The notes beneath the pieces were generated by a model. That model was not told the origin of the DNA, did no database searches, and worked only from the letters and a program-made list of their open reading frames with translations. From an uncultured Candidatus Rokubacteria bacterium (GTDB lineage: Bacteria > Methylomirabilota > Methylomirabilia > Rokubacteriales > DASRDR01), in the NCBI GenBank assembly GCA_963805625.1, contig CAWDVE010000012.1, positions 134,936 to 198,935 of the forward strand: 64,000 nucleotides of DNA. The letters are read 5' to 3'. The translations under genes were made by a program, and so were the position numbers. This document shows, piece after piece, positions 32,620 to 44,927 of this stretch (within the stretch, counting starts at the first letter, position 1; each line of letters begins with the position of its first letter).

Positions 32620-33629
32620 CTACCAAGGGAAGCGTGTCCTCGAATCACTGAACGCGCCATGAATCTGGCTTCGCGTGAGGCCTATGCCCCCAGTCAGATT
32701 CGCCCCTTCCAAATGCGCTCCCCGTAGGTCCCTCACTTCCAGACGAGCCCCATTGAGGTTCGCATCCTCTAGGCGAGCCCCTTGCAGATTCGCCCCAACA
32801 AGATCCGCACCCTGAAGGGGTGCTCCTTCGAGATTCGCACCCTGTAGGTGCGCTTCCTGAAACACGGCTCTTTCTAGATATACTCCTCGCAGATTTGCTC
32901 CCTCCAGGTGGGCCTGCCGAAAGTTCGTGCCCTCCAGGTGCGCGCCTGTTTTGATGGGGGCCCCGCGAAGGTCTGTTCCTCTCAAGTCAGCAATTCATCG
33001 TCCCACCTCCAGTCACGCCGGCTGAGAACCATAAGAATTCCTTGGATGTCGATCGCAGGCCTTGGCGGTTTTGCAGAATCTCGCCGTCTGCTCGGTATCC
33101 AATGGGGTCGTTCTCGCACAAACGCTGTCAGGACACTCATTATCGGGCCGTGGTCCCTTGCAGAGTCTCGGGCAATACGCTCCAGGGCATAGATACCTCC
33201 AATCCGCACCTCGAGCTTACTACTACCCAGTTGCTCGATCGCCTTGGTGAAGCGCTCCGTGATCTGACCTTCTTGATTGACCCGCAATGTCTCCTGCCCG
33301 ATTCTCAAGGTCTGCGCCGTGAAGTACAGCCCAGCCAGAACGACTGCGAGCATCTCCGCCATGCTCTTGCCCTTCGACTTCTCCACGAACCCGAAACGAT
33401 CGAACGGCGAGAACACCGCAGGTTCGCCGTGCGCGATCAAGTGTCGCACACGGGGAATCCAGTTGGTTCCCTCCGCCTCGATGAGGTGCCCGATGACGTC
33501 GAAGCTCGACCAGGTGTCCGGACCCTCGTCCTCGCGAACCCACGGATCCGGAAGCTCATGGAGCAGGACATCGAGGACGTCTGGCGTGCGCCGGAGGCGG
33601 GTCTTAGTCTCCTCGAGATCAAGGGGCAT
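32620..33629 (-). pseudogene. Chimera: DinB N-terminus fused to a frameshifted pentapeptide-repeat gene
   Basis: WSSFDVIGHLI..NWIPR then GQITERFTKAIEQLG..GGIYALERIA, then A[NH]LxGA repeats. Confidence 0.7.
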
Positions 33630-33850
33630 GGCCGCCTCCTCCCTCTCCAGAGGGTCCGATCTCGGATACGCCCGCCCGCGTCAGCTTCACGACGAAGGGC
33701 GCCTCGTGGCTGAACATGATCGAAGCCTGTTCGCGCTCCTGACCCGGAAGCCGGGGCGTCGAGGCTCCTCCGACACCGTCCGCGCGCTGATCCGCCACAG
33801 CTATCTCCCACGGCAAACGCGCGAGCCGGCTGCGCCACACCCCGGCGCTC

Positions 33851-34588
33851 TTATCCTATGCCAGCCGACCGGCTCTCTGGACGTACGGCCCGGACCAACG
33901 GCTTCAGGCGCGGCGAGCCGGGAGACTCCGCGCGCCAGCGGAGGATCTGGACGCCCTCCCACCACCAAGGTTGGCCGCGGTCCTTGCCGCCGAGGGTGAC
34001 GAGATGCTCCGCGTGCGGCTGACCAGCGAGATAGTCGCGCATCGCGCGGGCGACCTGCTCCCAGTCCGTGTCGTCGACGATCATCAGGGCGCCGTCGGCG
34101 AGATAGGACTCGACCAGCCGGAGGCCCCGGACCTGGGATCGGTAGTCGTGCGCGGCATCGTAGTAGTAGACGCCCACGCGCCGGTCTGCGAGCGCGCCGC
34201 CGCGCAGGAGCGCGAAGGCGTCGCCCTCCAGCATGGTGTGGCCGGCGAGGCCGTACCGGCGAAGGTTCGCCTCGAGCAGCGCCCGGTTGCCGTCGTCCAG
34301 GGAGAAGTTGTCGATGCCGACGAAGTCGCCGGTGTTCCCGAGCATCGCCGCGATCAGGCTGAGACCCTTGAACGAGCCCACCTCGACATAGCTCTCGCCC
34401 GCGCCGAGGAGCGACGCGGCGAGATTCAGGAGGGCGAGGTTGTTCTCCCGCGCGAGCCCGCCGACGTCGGCCAGCATCGGCGCGAAGCGCCGGTCCCGCG
34501 GGTGCTCCGAGCGTGGGTAGTCGTCGAAGAGCTGCGGCAAGGCGCGCACGAATCCATCGGAGTCCACGGCCAGAGCAGATCGTATCAC
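33851..34588 (-). CDS. Class I SAM methyltransferase (Methyltransf_24-like)
   Basis: YVEVGSFKG, YYDAAHDY, IVDD. Confidence 0.8.
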   Translation of the reverse strand: MIRSALAVDSDGFVRALPQLFDDYPRSEHPRDRRFAPMLADVGGLARENNLALLNLAASLLGAGESYVEVGSFKGLSLIAAMLGNTGDFVGIDNFSLDDGNRALLEANLRRYGLAGHTMLEGDAFALLRGGALADRRVGVYYYDAAHDYRSQVRGLRLVESYLADGALMIVDDTDWEQVARAMRDYLAGQPHAEHLVTLGGKDRGQPWWWEGVQILRWRAESPGSPRLKPLVRAVRPESRSAGIG

Positions 34589-34717
34589 CGGGGCCGGGAC
34601 AGGCTCGCCGATTCGGGATAATGCCTCTCCGGGGTAGAGTTGGAGCGTGGCGGAACCCGCTCTGCGCGAGCCAGACGGTCACCGAGTGCCGCCGCGATGG
34701 CGGGCGGGCGTCGCCGG

Positions 34718-35539
34718 ATGACCGGGTTCGACGCGACTGCCAGCGTTACGCGCTGGCGCGCGCGGCTCCTCATCGCGCTCAGCGTCCTCATGGTCGCGGT
34801 GGCGGCTCTGGTGACGCCCGTCGCCCAGGATCCCGCGTACCACCACTTCGCCGATCAGCGCGCGCTCCACGACGTGCCGAACTTCCTCAACGTGGCCTCC
34901 AACCTGCCGTTCCTCCTCGCCGGCGCGCTGGGGCTCACGTTCCTGGCCCGGAATCGCCGCGACGGCCGGGCCGACACCTTCGTCACCCCGGCGGACCGAC
35001 GGCCCTACTGGCCCTTTTTCACGGGCGTCGCGCTCACCGGACTCGGCTCCGCCTACTATCACTGGCAGCCGGACAACGCGACCCTCTTCTGGGACCGCCT
35101 GCCGATGACCATCGCGTTCATGGCGCTCCTCGCGAGCGTGATCGGGGAGCGGATCAGCCGGCGCGGTGGCGCCCGTGGCTTGTGGCCGCTGCTGATCGTA
35201 GGCGTCGGGAGCACGCTCTACTGGCACCTCGGCGAGATGCGGGGCGCGGGAGACCTGCGGGCCTATGGCCTCGTCCAGTTCGGGAGTATGGTGTTGGTCC
35301 CGCTGATCCTGGTCCTCTTTCCGGCGCGCTACACGGGAACGCCCGACCTCTGGATATCGATGGGCTGGTACGGGCTCGCGAAGGGGTTTGAGTACCTCGA
35401 CCACGGCCTCCTGCGGCTGACCGCGGTAAGCGGGCACACCTGGAAGCACCTCGCGTCGGCGGCGAGCGCCTACTGGATCCTCCGCATGCTCGCGCGGCGG
35501 CGCCCCTTAGGGTCGCGGGCACCCAGCGCCCCGATCTAG
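34718..35539 (+). CDS. Ceramidase-like (CREST) membrane protein
   Basis: QDPAYHHFAD, NVASN, GSAYYH, WDRLPM, SGHTWKH. Confidence 0.8.
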   Translation: MTGFDATASVTRWRARLLIALSVLMVAVAALVTPVAQDPAYHHFADQRALHDVPNFLNVASNLPFLLAGALGLTFLARNRRDGRADTFVTPADRRPYWPFFTGVALTGLGSAYYHWQPDNATLFWDRLPMTIAFMALLASVIGERISRRGGARGLWPLLIVGVGSTLYWHLGEMRGAGDLRAYGLVQFGSMVLVPLILVLFPARYTGTPDLWISMGWYGLAKGFEYLDHGLLRLTAVSGHTWKHLASAASAYWILRMLARRRPLGSRAPSAPI

Positions 35540-35842
35540 TCACTCCTGATCAGTCGCCGCCTCCATGGCCCTCGGCCTCGGCACCCTTCGAAGCTCAGGC
35601 TATCGCGCACCCGGCTGCGCGTCGCACTCCGTGCGCTGGTCGGTGACCGCGCCGCCAATCGCTGCCCGAACTGGGGCAGACGCTGCTCGCGCTCGGTCGG
35701 TTCACCTTCGCAGACGACACCAACCCAGGGCGGCGTCTGGTCGAGAGGGCCCGGGCGATCTTTGACGAGATCGGCGCGACGGGTTGGTCCCGCGAGGCGG
35801 TGGAGACGCTGTAGCTCTCGCGCCTGCCACGCTGCCCCAAGA

Positions 35843-36457
35843 CTAGGGCGTGGCCCCCAGTCGCGTGGCCCAGCGGGCGAGGATGGGCCGCGCTGCCACG
35901 GTGGCCCGGGCGCGATGGCTCAGCCGGTCCTTCTCGGCGTCCGAGAGCTCCCCGAACGTTCGCCCGAGGGCGGGCACCAGGAAGATGGGATCGTACCCGA
36001 ACCCGTGGGTCCCGCGTGGCCCGTCGATGAGAACGCCCTCCACGATGCCCTCCACCACGGCTTCCTCGCCCCACGGGGCGCGCAGGGCGAGGACGCACCG
36101 GAAGCGGGCCCCGCGGCCCGGGGTGCCCCTGATCTCGGCCAGGAGCCGCGTCACGCGCTCGGCGTCACTGAGCCCCGGCCCCCCGTAGCGAGCCGAGGCC
36201 ACACCCGGCCGGCCGCCGAGCGCGTCCACCTCGAGCCCCGAGTCATCGCCGAGCGCCACGGCCGCCGGTGCGGCCACGGCCGCCGCGCGGGCCTTCTCGA
36301 GGGCGTTCTCCCGGTAGCTCGTCTCACCCTCCGGCGGGAGCCGCACGCCGGCGTGGTCGTCGAGCGAGGTGATCGCGTAACCGAGGCCGTCGAGGAGGAG
36401 GGTGAACTCGCGCACCTTGCCGGCGTTCGCCGTGGCCAGGAGGAGGCGCGGCGTCAC
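35843..36457 (-). CDS. rdgB: dITP/XTP pyrophosphatase
   Basis: ATANAGK, DDSGL, GFGYDP, SHRARA. Confidence 0.95.
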   Translation of the reverse strand: MTPRLLLATANAGKVREFTLLLDGLGYAITSLDDHAGVRLPPEGETSYRENALEKARAAAVAAPAAVALGDDSGLEVDALGGRPGVASARYGGPGLSDAERVTRLLAEIRGTPGRGARFRCVLALRAPWGEEAVVEGIVEGVLIDGPRGTHGFGYDPIFLVPALGRTFGELSDAEKDRLSHRARATVAARPILARWATRLGATP

Positions 36458-37194
36458 GGCAGGGTGAAGACGGCCGTCGTCCGGTCGGCGAGGACCCGCC
36501 GCTGGAAGGCGAGGAGCCGCGCCACCCCTTGACGGGCGAGCCCGAGCAGCCCGTCGAGCTGCGCCTGATCGAAAGGCGTGCGCTCGGCGGTCCCCTGGAC
36601 CTCGACGAAGCGCTCGGCCCCCGTCATCACGACGTTCATGTCCACCTCGGCCGTCGAGTCCTCCACGTAGTCCAGATCGACGACCGGGGTGCCGAGGACG
36701 ACCCCGACACTGGTCGCGGCGACCAGGTCCCGCAAGGGCTCCGACAGGAGGCGGCCACTCTCACGGAGATGCTGGAGGGCATCGGCGAGGGCGACGTACC
36801 CGCCCGTGATCGCGGCCGTCCGGGTTCCGCCATCAGCCTGAATGACGTCGCAATCGACGGTGATCGTGCGCTCGCCGAGCTGGATGAGCTGTACCACTGC
36901 GCGCAAGGAGCGTCCGACCAGCCGTTGGATCTCGTGCGTCCGGCCGCCGGTCCGGCTCGCCTCGCGGCCCGTCCGGGTCGACGTCGCGCGGGGCAGCATG
37001 CCGTACTCCGCGGTGACCCAGCCCTGCCCGCTGCCGCGCAGGAACGGGGGCACGCGGTCCTCGACCGACGCGGTGCAGATCACGCGGGTGTCGCCGACCT
37101 CGACCAGAACGGCGCCCTCGGCGTGGCGCGTGTAGCGGCGCGTGAGCCGCACCGGCCGGAGGTCCCCGGGCGCCCTGCCGTCGCGGCGCGTCAT
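36454..37194 (-). CDS. rph: Ribonuclease PH
   Basis: [35 protein letters not shown]. Confidence 0.97.
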   Translation of the reverse strand: MTRRDGRAPGDLRPVRLTRRYTRHAEGAVLVEVGDTRVICTASVEDRVPPFLRGSGQGWVTAEYGMLPRATSTRTGREASRTGGRTHEIQRLVGRSLRAVVQLIQLGERTITVDCDVIQADGGTRTAAITGGYVALADALQHLRESGRLLSEPLRDLVAATSVGVVLGTPVVDLDYVEDSTAEVDMNVVMTGAERFVEVQGTAERTPFDQAQLDGLLGLARQGVARLLAFQRRVLADRTTAVFTLP

Positions 37195-38885
37195 CGCTTC
37201 GCCACCGCGCCCACGCGCTGGTCGTAGCTCCGCTTGTAGGCGGTGACGCCGGCCACGAGGGCCCGCGCGATCCGGTCGCGGTAGCCGTCGTCCCGGAGCC
37301 GCTGCTCCTCCTGCGGGTTCGAAATGAACCCGATCTCGACGAGGACGGCAGGCATCGCCGCACCGCCGAGCACGTAGAAGGGGGCCTGCTTGACGCCCCG
37401 GCTCGGGCGCCGGAGCGCGCGGTCGAGGTTGTTCTGAAGCGCCTCCGCCATCCGGCTCGACTCCTGCTGGAAGTCCGACTGCGCGAGGTCCCAGAGGATC
37501 GATCGCAGGACGTCCGGTGCGCCGCCGCGCGCCCCCGTGTCGGCCCCGATCAGGCGGTTCTCGTACTCCGCCGCCCGGCGCGCCGCGCCGTCCGTCGCCT
37601 CGTTCGACAGGAAGTAGGTCTCCGTCCCGGTCGCGGCGCCGTCAGGCGCGGCGTTGACGTGGATCGACAGGAACAGATCCGCCCGCTCCCGGTTGGCCAA
37701 GGCCGTGCGCTCCCGGAGTCCCACGAACTGGTCCCGCGCGCGGGTGAGCACGGCGCGGACGCCGAGCTCCTCCTGGAGCAGCGCGGCGACGCGCCGGGCG
37801 ATGTCGAGCGAGAGCTCCTTTTCCTGGAGGCCGCCCGGGCCCACGGCGCCCGCGTCGTGCCCCCCGTGCCCGGGATCGATCACGATCGTGTGGAGCGGCT
37901 CCGGCCCGGCCCCAGCCGGCGGCGACGCAGAGGCCTGGAGCGTCTGGCGGTGAAAGTCGAGCACCACGCGCGGCGGATCCTCCAGGCGGAACACCTTGCG
38001 GGCCGCCGGAGGGCGTTCGAACGCCACGCGGAGCGCGGCGGCGCCGCGGGCCTCGCCGAGCTCAGCGGTCGCCACCAACCCGTCCCGGACCGTGCGGGTG
38101 CCCGTCCAGCCGCGGGGGCTCACATCGGGAAACGCGATGGTCAAGCCGCCCCCCTCCGTCTCGACGAGCCTGGGCTCGATCGGCACGTCCGCCTCGAGGA
38201 CTACCCGCGTGTAGGTGGGGTACGAGCGGACGCGGAGCTCGACGCGCGCGGCGGATGGAGTCGCGGGCCGCGCAGCCGCCGGCGGCGGCTCCGGGTCCGT
38301 TCGCGGCGTCTCGGCTGGGCGCGCGGGGGCAGCCACAGTCGGCGGCGGCGGGCTCGGCAGCTCCGGCCGGGGTGGCGCGACGGCGGGCACGGCGATGGTG
38401 CGCTGAGGCGCGGCGACGGCGGGCCGGACAACGGGCTTCTCGCCCCCTGGCGGGATGGCCCGCGCCTCACGAACCTCGGCCGGCATGACCCGTACCCCGG
38501 TGCCGATGAGCGTGGGGAGGGCCCGCGCGAGGAGATCGCTCGGCACGCGCCAGGTGCCCTGGCGCACGCGAACGGGCGCGGCCAGCGACACCGGGCGCCC
38601 GTCCACGGTGATCCGCCGGGCGTCCCTCGCCACCTGGACCACGCCGTGGCGACTGACCAAGCTTACCCGGTCGCCGCGAGGTCCGCGCCGGGTGCTCGCG
38701 CTCGCGAGGCGAGCGACGTCGGCCAGAAAATAGTAGGTCACGCCGGCTTGCGGCTCGCCGACGAGACGACCGAGGCGCACGCCGGCCGCCGTGCTGACCT
38801 CGATGGTCACGGATCCGGCGGCCGCGCCCGCCGGCAGGGCCAGCAGAAGCCCCAGCACCCAGAACGGGACGAGCCACCTGCGCAT
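37191..38885 (-). CDS. N-acetylmuramoyl-L-alanine amidase (AMIN + Amidase_3)
   Basis: [25 protein letters not shown]. Confidence 0.93.
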   Translation of the reverse strand: MRRWLVPFWVLGLLLALPAGAAAGSVTIEVSTAAGVRLGRLVGEPQAGVTYYFLADVARLASASTRRGPRGDRVSLVSRHGVVQVARDARRITVDGRPVSLAAPVRVRQGTWRVPSDLLARALPTLIGTGVRVMPAEVREARAIPPGGEKPVVRPAVAAPQRTIAVPAVAPPRPELPSPPPPTVAAPARPAETPRTDPEPPPAAARPATPSAARVELRVRSYPTYTRVVLEADVPIEPRLVETEGGGLTIAFPDVSPRGWTGTRTVRDGLVATAELGEARGAAALRVAFERPPAARKVFRLEDPPRVVLDFHRQTLQASASPPAGAGPEPLHTIVIDPGHGGHDAGAVGPGGLQEKELSLDIARRVAALLQEELGVRAVLTRARDQFVGLRERTALANRERADLFLSIHVNAAPDGAATGTETYFLSNEATDGAARRAAEYENRLIGADTGARGGAPDVLRSILWDLAQSDFQQESSRMAEALQNNLDRALRRPSRGVKQAPFYVLGGAAMPAVLVEIGFISNPQEEQRLRDDGYRDRIARALVAGVTAYKRSYDQRVGAVAKR

Positions 38886-39084
38886 AGGAGAGCCCTCATT
38901 CTAGCCGCTGGACCCGAGGAGCCCAAGATTTCCCCGTGGGGATGTCGCATGGCGGAGTTCGTCGGCCTCGCCCTCCCCGTGGACGGGTGACCTCGAGGAA
39001 TATCTCGGCGAGAGCCCGGCGGGGCTCGAGGTGGACGGCGTTCGCCCTGCGAGGCGGACGCTCTGGTGGGAGAGACCGGAAGGA

Positions 39085-39441
39085 TGGTGGAGGCGGTGGG
39101 AATTGAACCCACGTCCGAAGACCGTCAGCCCGAGCCCGCTACACCCATAGTCCGCGGTTTAAGTCTCGCCAGCCGACGCTCCCACGGACGGGATCGTGGC
39201 CGGACCAGCCTGATCGATCTCGCGCCGCGTTGCCCAGGCACGCTCGCGGCGCCAGCCTGCAGAATTATGACGCCCGGCCCCCTCCCCTGCTGGCGCGAGA
39301 AGGGCGGACGTCGCCGCTAGTTAGGCGGCGAGAGCTAGCTCGTTGTCGGCAGCTATAGCCGACCCACCTTTTGACGAGGTGATGGGCGCCCTCGAGGTGC
39401 TGACTCGAACGTCGTGATCCCCGTCGAAACCGATCGCCCCC
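39085..39441 (-). ncRNA. ssrA: tmRNA, tag (A)DNELALAA
   Basis: 5' GGGGGCGA, 3' TTCAATTCCCACCGCCTCCACCA; tag ends in ALAA; next to smpB. Confidence 0.95.
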
Positions 39442-39454
39442 ATGCCCTCCTTCT

Positions 39455-39925
39455 TCACCGGGTCCGCTCGCGGAGCGCCCGCTGAACCTCGCGCTGCTCC
39501 TCACGCTCGCGGATCGCGTGCCGCTTGTCCAGGGTCTTCCGGCCCCGGGCGAGCCCGATCTCGACCTTGGCGCGGCCTCGCTTGAAGTATAGGCGCAGGG
39601 GTACGAGGGTCAACCCCTTCTCCATGATCTTCCCGAGCAGTCGGTTGAGCTCCCCGCGATGGAGCAGGAGCTTCCGGGGCCGGAGCGGGTCGTGATTGGC
39701 CCGATTGCCCTGGGCGTAGGGGCTGATGTGGAGCCCGAGGAGCCAGGCCTCGTTCCCGTCGATCCGGGCGTACGACTCCTTCAGGTCCGCGCGACTGGCC
39801 CGGAGCGATTTGACCTCGGTCCCCTGGAGGACGAGGCCCGCCTCGTGGGTCTCGAGGATGTCGAAGTTGTGATACGCGCGTCGATTCGACGCGACGAGCT
39901 TCTCGCCGGCGTCGGGCTGCCTCAC
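39455..39925 (-). CDS. smpB: SsrA-binding protein
   Basis: NRRAYH, GTEVKSLR, RKLLLH, DKR. Confidence 0.97.
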   Translation of the reverse strand: MRQPDAGEKLVASNRRAYHNFDILETHEAGLVLQGTEVKSLRASRADLKESYARIDGNEAWLLGLHISPYAQGNRANHDPLRPRKLLLHRGELNRLLGKIMEKGLTLVPLRLYFKRGRAKVEIGLARGRKTLDKRHAIREREEQREVQRALRERTR

Positions 39926-39988
39926 GTCAGCGGTTCCTCGTCTTGACGGGCTTCGGACCCGGTGATAGCGTTATCGCCGCTCGACAGC

Positions 39989-40075
39989 GCCGAAGTGGCG
40001 GAATTGGCAGACGCGCTAGATTCAGGGTCTAGTGCCCGCAAGGGTGTGGGGGTTCGAGTCCCCCCTTCGGCACCA
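39989..40075 (+). tRNA. tRNA-Leu(CAG)
   Basis: CTAGA-TTCAGGG-TCTAG, long variable arm, CCA. Confidence 0.97.
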
Positions 40076-40091
40076 TCGAATTCTCGCATAC

Positions 40092-41241
40092 TTAGCCCGC
40101 AGTAGCTACAGCACGCTCGCGGTTCGTCGCTTGGCCGGTGCCACTCTGAGTGCCACTTGGCTGAATGCCGGTCCGCTCCAGCCGTTCCCCCCGGGCCAGG
40201 GCCTCTACCGCCTCCCGCTTGTGTCCAGCCGCCACGTGAGCGTACCGCTCGACCATGGCGAGGCCGCCCTTTGCCCCCCATCCCCCCAGGTCGCGGACGG
40301 TCAGCAGGTCCACCCCGGCCATGACCAGGCGCGAGGCAAAGGTGTGGCGGAGGGTGTGGAGCGTTACCCTGCCAGGCAGCTTCGCCTCCGTCGCCCACGC
40401 CGGGAAGCGATGGGTCACCTTCCGGCAGTCGGGGAAGATCAGAGGGCTGCCCAGGTGACGCGGGACACGCTCCAGCGCACTCAGCACCAGGCTCGATAGC
40501 TCGATGTGCCGGGGCCTCCCGCTCTTGGATGTGGGCAGCGTTAGCATCCCCCGCTTCGCGTCCACCTGGTCCCACCGGGCGGCCAGCAACTCTCCCCGGC
40601 GAGCCCCCGTGTAGAGTGCGACCTTGCAGAAGGCCCGATAGGGCTCCGGTATCACACTAAACAACTGGCCCTCTTCCTCGGCCGTCAGCCACCGGGTCCG
40701 CGTGTTCTCCTCGCGGAAGAGTCCCACGACAGACACGGGATTCCGACCGGCGAAGGCCCCCCGCCTGATGACCCGGTTAAACAGGTGGCGCAGACAGGCC
40801 AGGTGGCGATTGACGGTCGCCTTGGTCCGCTCCTCGGCCAAGGACTGCTTGAACCGTTCGACCGCCTCCCGGGGTGATTTCCGCCAGCGTCTTACCGGCG
40901 AACACGAGCTTGAGGCGATTGAGCCAATGTTCGTCGGTCTGGTGGCTCTTCTTGTGAGCCTCGCTCCACTCCTGGTATTCCTTCGCCGCGTCCTCGAAGA
41001 GCAGCGGCTTCGCGCTCCTGTCCAAGCGGGGACAGTAGTCCTTGCGCCGGACCTGCAGCCGCAGGCGGTGATGCTCCTCGATGGCTAAGCTCTTCGGCCC
41101 GACCTTCTCCCGGTGGCGGTGCCCGAGCGCACACTTGTCGGACACCCACCAGTCACCCAGGATGCCCCCAAGGAGTCGCTGGCTACCTCGCGGGTGGGGT
41201 CGGAAGAGCACGCCTCGGCGCTTACCGGGTGCCTCGCGCAT
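40092..41241 (-). pseudogene. Tyrosine integrase, frameshifted near 40870
   Basis: TGARRGEL, HTLRHTFASRL, MVERYAH; N-terminus in another frame. Confidence 0.88.
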
Positions 41242-41452
41242 GTTGGCCTCCTGTGCCTCTCGGTCGGTTGGGCGGGAAGAAATCGCGCACACCAATCCCT
41301 AGGGCATTTGCGAGCTTCTCCAGCATTGCCACGGTGGGGGACAGACGCCCCATCTCGATGCGGACCACAGTCACGTAGGACACTCCGGCCCGTTCAGCCA
41401 GGCCCCGGACTGAATAGCCCCGTCGCTCCCGCCAGTGGCGAAGGAGAATCAT
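41222..41452 (-). CDS. XRE-family HTH regulator
   Basis: Close paralog of 23261-23476. Confidence 0.9.
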   Translation of the reverse strand: MILLRHWRERRGYSVRGLAERAGVSYVTVVRIEMGRLSPTVAMLEKLANALGIGVRDFFPPNRPRGTGGQHARGTR

Positions 41453-41568
41453 TGGTCATGTATGGTAGCGTATCCGCATCCAGAGCGCAAGTATCCCTCT
41501 GAGACACGGGGCCCCTCGGGCGGGCCTCCGGCTCAGGTGGAAAGGGTGGCTCCTGGGGGCTCCGCTAG

Positions 41569-43162
41569 GAGCCTGTCGGAGAAAAGGCCTTTGAGTCAAC
41601 CGAGCCGCTGGTTAAGCTCGGGGCTATGAGCAAGACGTTTCGAGCGTACGACTTGAACCAGCGGTTGCTGTTGCCCCCGGATCTGCGGGAGTGGCTCCCC
41701 GAGGACCACCTGGCGCTGTTCATCAGCGACGTGGTCGACGAGCTGGATCTGTCAGCCATCGTGGGGGCCTATGAAGACGGGGATGGGCGGGGCCAGCCGC
41801 CCTACCACCCGGCGATGATGGTCAAGCTGCTGCTGTACGCCTACTGCGTCGGCCGGCCGTCGTCGCGGAAGATCGAGCGGGCGACGTACGAGGATGTCGC
41901 CTTCCGGATCCTGGCCGCCGACCAGCACCCCGACCATGACAGCTTGGCGGAGTTTCGGAAGCGCCACCTCGCCGCGCTGGCCGGGCTGTTTGTCCAGGTC
42001 CTTCGCCTCTGCCAGGCGGCGGGCCTGGTCAAGCTCGGGCACGTGGCCCTGGACGGCACGAAGCTCAAGGCCAATGCCTCGAAACACCAAGCGATGAGCT
42101 ACGGCCGGATGGAAGAAACGGAGCGGCGCCTGGAGCAGGAGGTGCAGGCCCTGCTGCGGCAGGCCGAGCAGGTGGATGCGGCGGAGGACGCCGAGTACGG
42201 CCCGGGCCGGCGGGGCGACGAGCTGCCGGCCGAGCTGGCGCGGCGCGAGAGCCGGCTGGCCAAGATCCGGGCCGCCAAGGCCGCGCTGGAGGCGGCGGCG
42301 AAGGCCCAGGCGGCCGAGACAGCGGCGAGCGGGCGCGCGAAGCTGGCGGCGCGGGAGCAGCGCGTGGGGAGCGCCAAGGGCGGGGTGCCGACGATTCCGG
42401 ACCCCGAGCAGGCGCGCCCCGCGCCGACCGCCCAACGCAACTTCACCGATCCGGACTCGCGCATCATGAAGGACGGGGCCACGAAGAGCTTCGAGCCAGC
42501 CTACAACGCGCAGGCGGCCGTGGATGGCCCCCACCAGATCATCGTGGCGTGCGGCGTGACGCAAGCGGCGGCCGACGTCGAGCAGTTCGTCCCGATGGTG
42601 GAGCAGGTCGCGGCGAATACCGGCCAGTCGCCCACCGCCGTGGTGGCCGACGCGGGGTATTTCAGCGAGAGCAATCTGACCGCGCCCAGCCTGGCCGGCA
42701 TTGCGCTGTACGTGCCGCCGGACCGGCAGACGCACGGCGGGATGCCGTCCGTGGCGGGGCGACCGCAGAGCCCGACCGCCGAGCAGATGCGTACGACGCT
42801 GCGGAGCGCCGCGGGCCACGCGGTCTACGCGCTCCGCAAGGCGATCGTCGAGCCGGTCTTCGGGCAGATCAAAGAGGGGCGCGGCTTTCGCCGCTTCTCC
42901 TGCCGCGGCCTGCCCACGGTGACGGCGGAGTGGGGGCTGATCTGCCTGACGCACAACCTGCTCAAGCTGTTCCGCGCCCGCGCCGGCCTGCAACCGGCCT
43001 GACGGGAGGGCTCGATGCGTCATCTGCTCTCTCTGCCACCTCGATTCCCGTCTGCCGGGCTCCGTCGCGGCCACTGGCCGGGGCGTTTCTCTCACGACCG
43101 GGTGTCGCCGACGCCCATTGGCCGCTCATGATGGTCTCGGCGGTCGATAAGCCGACAGGCTC
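41569..43162 (+). mobile_element. IS1182 family element (transposase 41626-43002)
   Basis: GQPPYHP, ALDGTKLKANAS, TDPDSRIM; IR GAGCCTGTCGG; CTAG duplication. Confidence 0.93.
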
Positions 43163-43203
43163 CTAGGCGACCCTCAGGGCCAACGGGCGGGCCCTGGGGC
43201 CCG

Positions 43204-43368
43204 TCAGCGCCCAGGCCGTACGAACGCCTCCAAATCCGTGACCCGAACCCGGGTCAACCGACCGACCTTCACGGCTCGGAGCCTGCGCTGACCCACCCAC
43301 TTCCTGACAGCTCCTTGTGAGCACCCCAGCAATGCCGCCGCGTCCTTGACACTCAATAGCCGCTCCAC
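43204..43368 (-). CDS. Excisionase-like HTH protein
   Basis: VERLLSVKDAAALLGCS...KVGRLTRVRVTDLEAFV. Confidence 0.88.
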   Translation of the reverse strand: MERLLSVKDAAALLGCSQGAVRKWVGQRRLRAVKVGRLTRVRVTDLEAFVRPGR

Positions 43369-43449
43369 CGTTTCGCCCCCCTTTGAATAGGTTGAATTTG
43401 GTTGATCCGCCCGCCCGACACACTTATCCAAGTGCCCGCCATCATTGAT

Positions 43450-44671
43450 TAAAATGCGCTCGGTTGATTAGCCGCGGTCCGCACGACGCTTAACGACCGG
43501 AGGCCCGTCTTGCCGCGTCCGATACGGGTGGCGCGGCAGTCGTGGGTGGGGCTCCTGCGCAAGGGGCGGCGCGTGCTCGTGGACGCGGTGGCCCAGGTCG
43601 ATGGCCCGCGCGCCGCCACGCTGCGGGCGCAGTTCGTGCCGCCCGCCGAGGAGGCCGAACCGCGGGACGACGGCGCGCTGCCGCGCGAGAGCGAACGGAC
43701 GGCGGCGCTGGTAGCGGCGGTGGCCGACGTGGCGGACGCGGCAGTCCAGGCGCGGGTGGCCCAAGTGCAGACGCTCCTCCGCGGCGAGGGCGATCGAGTG
43801 GTGAGCTTCGACGATCCGGACGCGCGGGGGGGGTATAAGGCGGCGGACAAGCCCTTCCTGGGGGACAAGGCGCACGAGAGTCTGGATCCGGACAGCCGCC
43901 TGATCACCGCGGTGGACGTGGTCCCAGGGAATGCGAACGAGGCCGTGCGCACGGACACGGTGCTGGCCAGCGAACCGACGCCTCGCACGCCGGGGGCGGT
44001 GATCATCGGCGACGGGCTGTACTCCAACGCGACCACCGTCGCGCAAGTCGAGCAGGCCGGGGGCCGCCCCTGTTTCAGCGGGCTGAAGGCCGAGCGCGTG
44101 AGCGATGCCTTCACCAACCGGGCCGAGACGGACCAGATGGAGTGCCCGGAGGGGAAGCGGTCGGTGGGCAAGGTCCGGGTGACGCAGGGCGATCTCTATT
44201 ACTTCTCGATGCGGGACTGCGGACCGTGTCCCCGGGCGGTCACGTGCCTGACCCGCGGGGAGCAGGTGGGGCGAGCGAAACGGCGCCGGCGCGTGTATCT
44301 GTCCGACGTGCGCAAGGCGCGGGTCGTGGCGGGTGAGGCGGGCCGGGTGTGGCGGAAGACGCACGCGAAGCTGCGGCCCCGAATCGAAGCGAAGTTCGAC
44401 GAGCAGATGAACCGGCATGGGCTTCGCCACGCGCGCTACTGGGGCCTGGCCAAGGTCACCGCCCAGGTCCTGCTCAACGCCCTCACGGTCAACGCCAAGC
44501 GGGCGGTCAAGCTCCTGGCGCGCCGCCCTCAACCGCCCGATCCGGTCCCGATCCTGGCGTAAAGGCGCGAGCGCAGACACGGAGCCGACGGAGCGCGCCA
44601 GGCCGAAGCCCAGGGGCGGACCCGTCGCCGCGGGAATGCGCCCGTCCCGGCCGCACTTTGTCAGCGGCCTC
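43450..44671 (+). mobile_element. 5'-truncated IS1182-like transposase (43510-44562)
   Basis: VSFDDPDAR, CPEG..CxxC, RIEAKF..HGLRHARYWG. Confidence 0.7.
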
Positions 44672-44682
44672 CGGTGCCGTTC

Positions 44683-44712
44683 TTGACACCGTCCGCGCCG
44701 GCCGCGCACCAT
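44683..44712 (+). promoter_or_regulatory. Putative promoter upstream of dif-like site 3
   Basis: TTGACA-18-CACCAT. Confidence 0.55.
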
Positions 44713-44761
44713 CGAGGTCGAGTGGGTCAGGGCGGCCTTCGTCCGCCAGCCCCCGGGGGAA

Positions 44762-44789
44762 ACGGCCGAGAAGAGCCACTAGGTCGACT
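44762..44789 (+). other. dif/Xer-like site 3 (uninterrupted)
   Basis: ACGGCCGAGAA-GAGCCA-CTAGGTCGACT with the GGGGAA and ACCC flanks of sites 1 and 2. Confidence 0.65.
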
Positions 44790-44927
44790 ACCCTCCCGGC
44801 CCGGACCGCTGGAGGGTAACGCTCCAGTGACGAGCTGGGTCACGCTGCGCTGTCTCTGGAAAGGAGCGACCGCTCGCGAGGCCGTCCGAAGCGTGGAGGC
44901 ACGCTCTGGTGCTGTAGAGTTGGAAGC

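Noticed and set aside
34381-34405. CTATGTCGAGG (minus strand) as another dif-like site
   Set aside because: Lies within the methyltransferase ESYVEVG coding motif and has no matching left arm.
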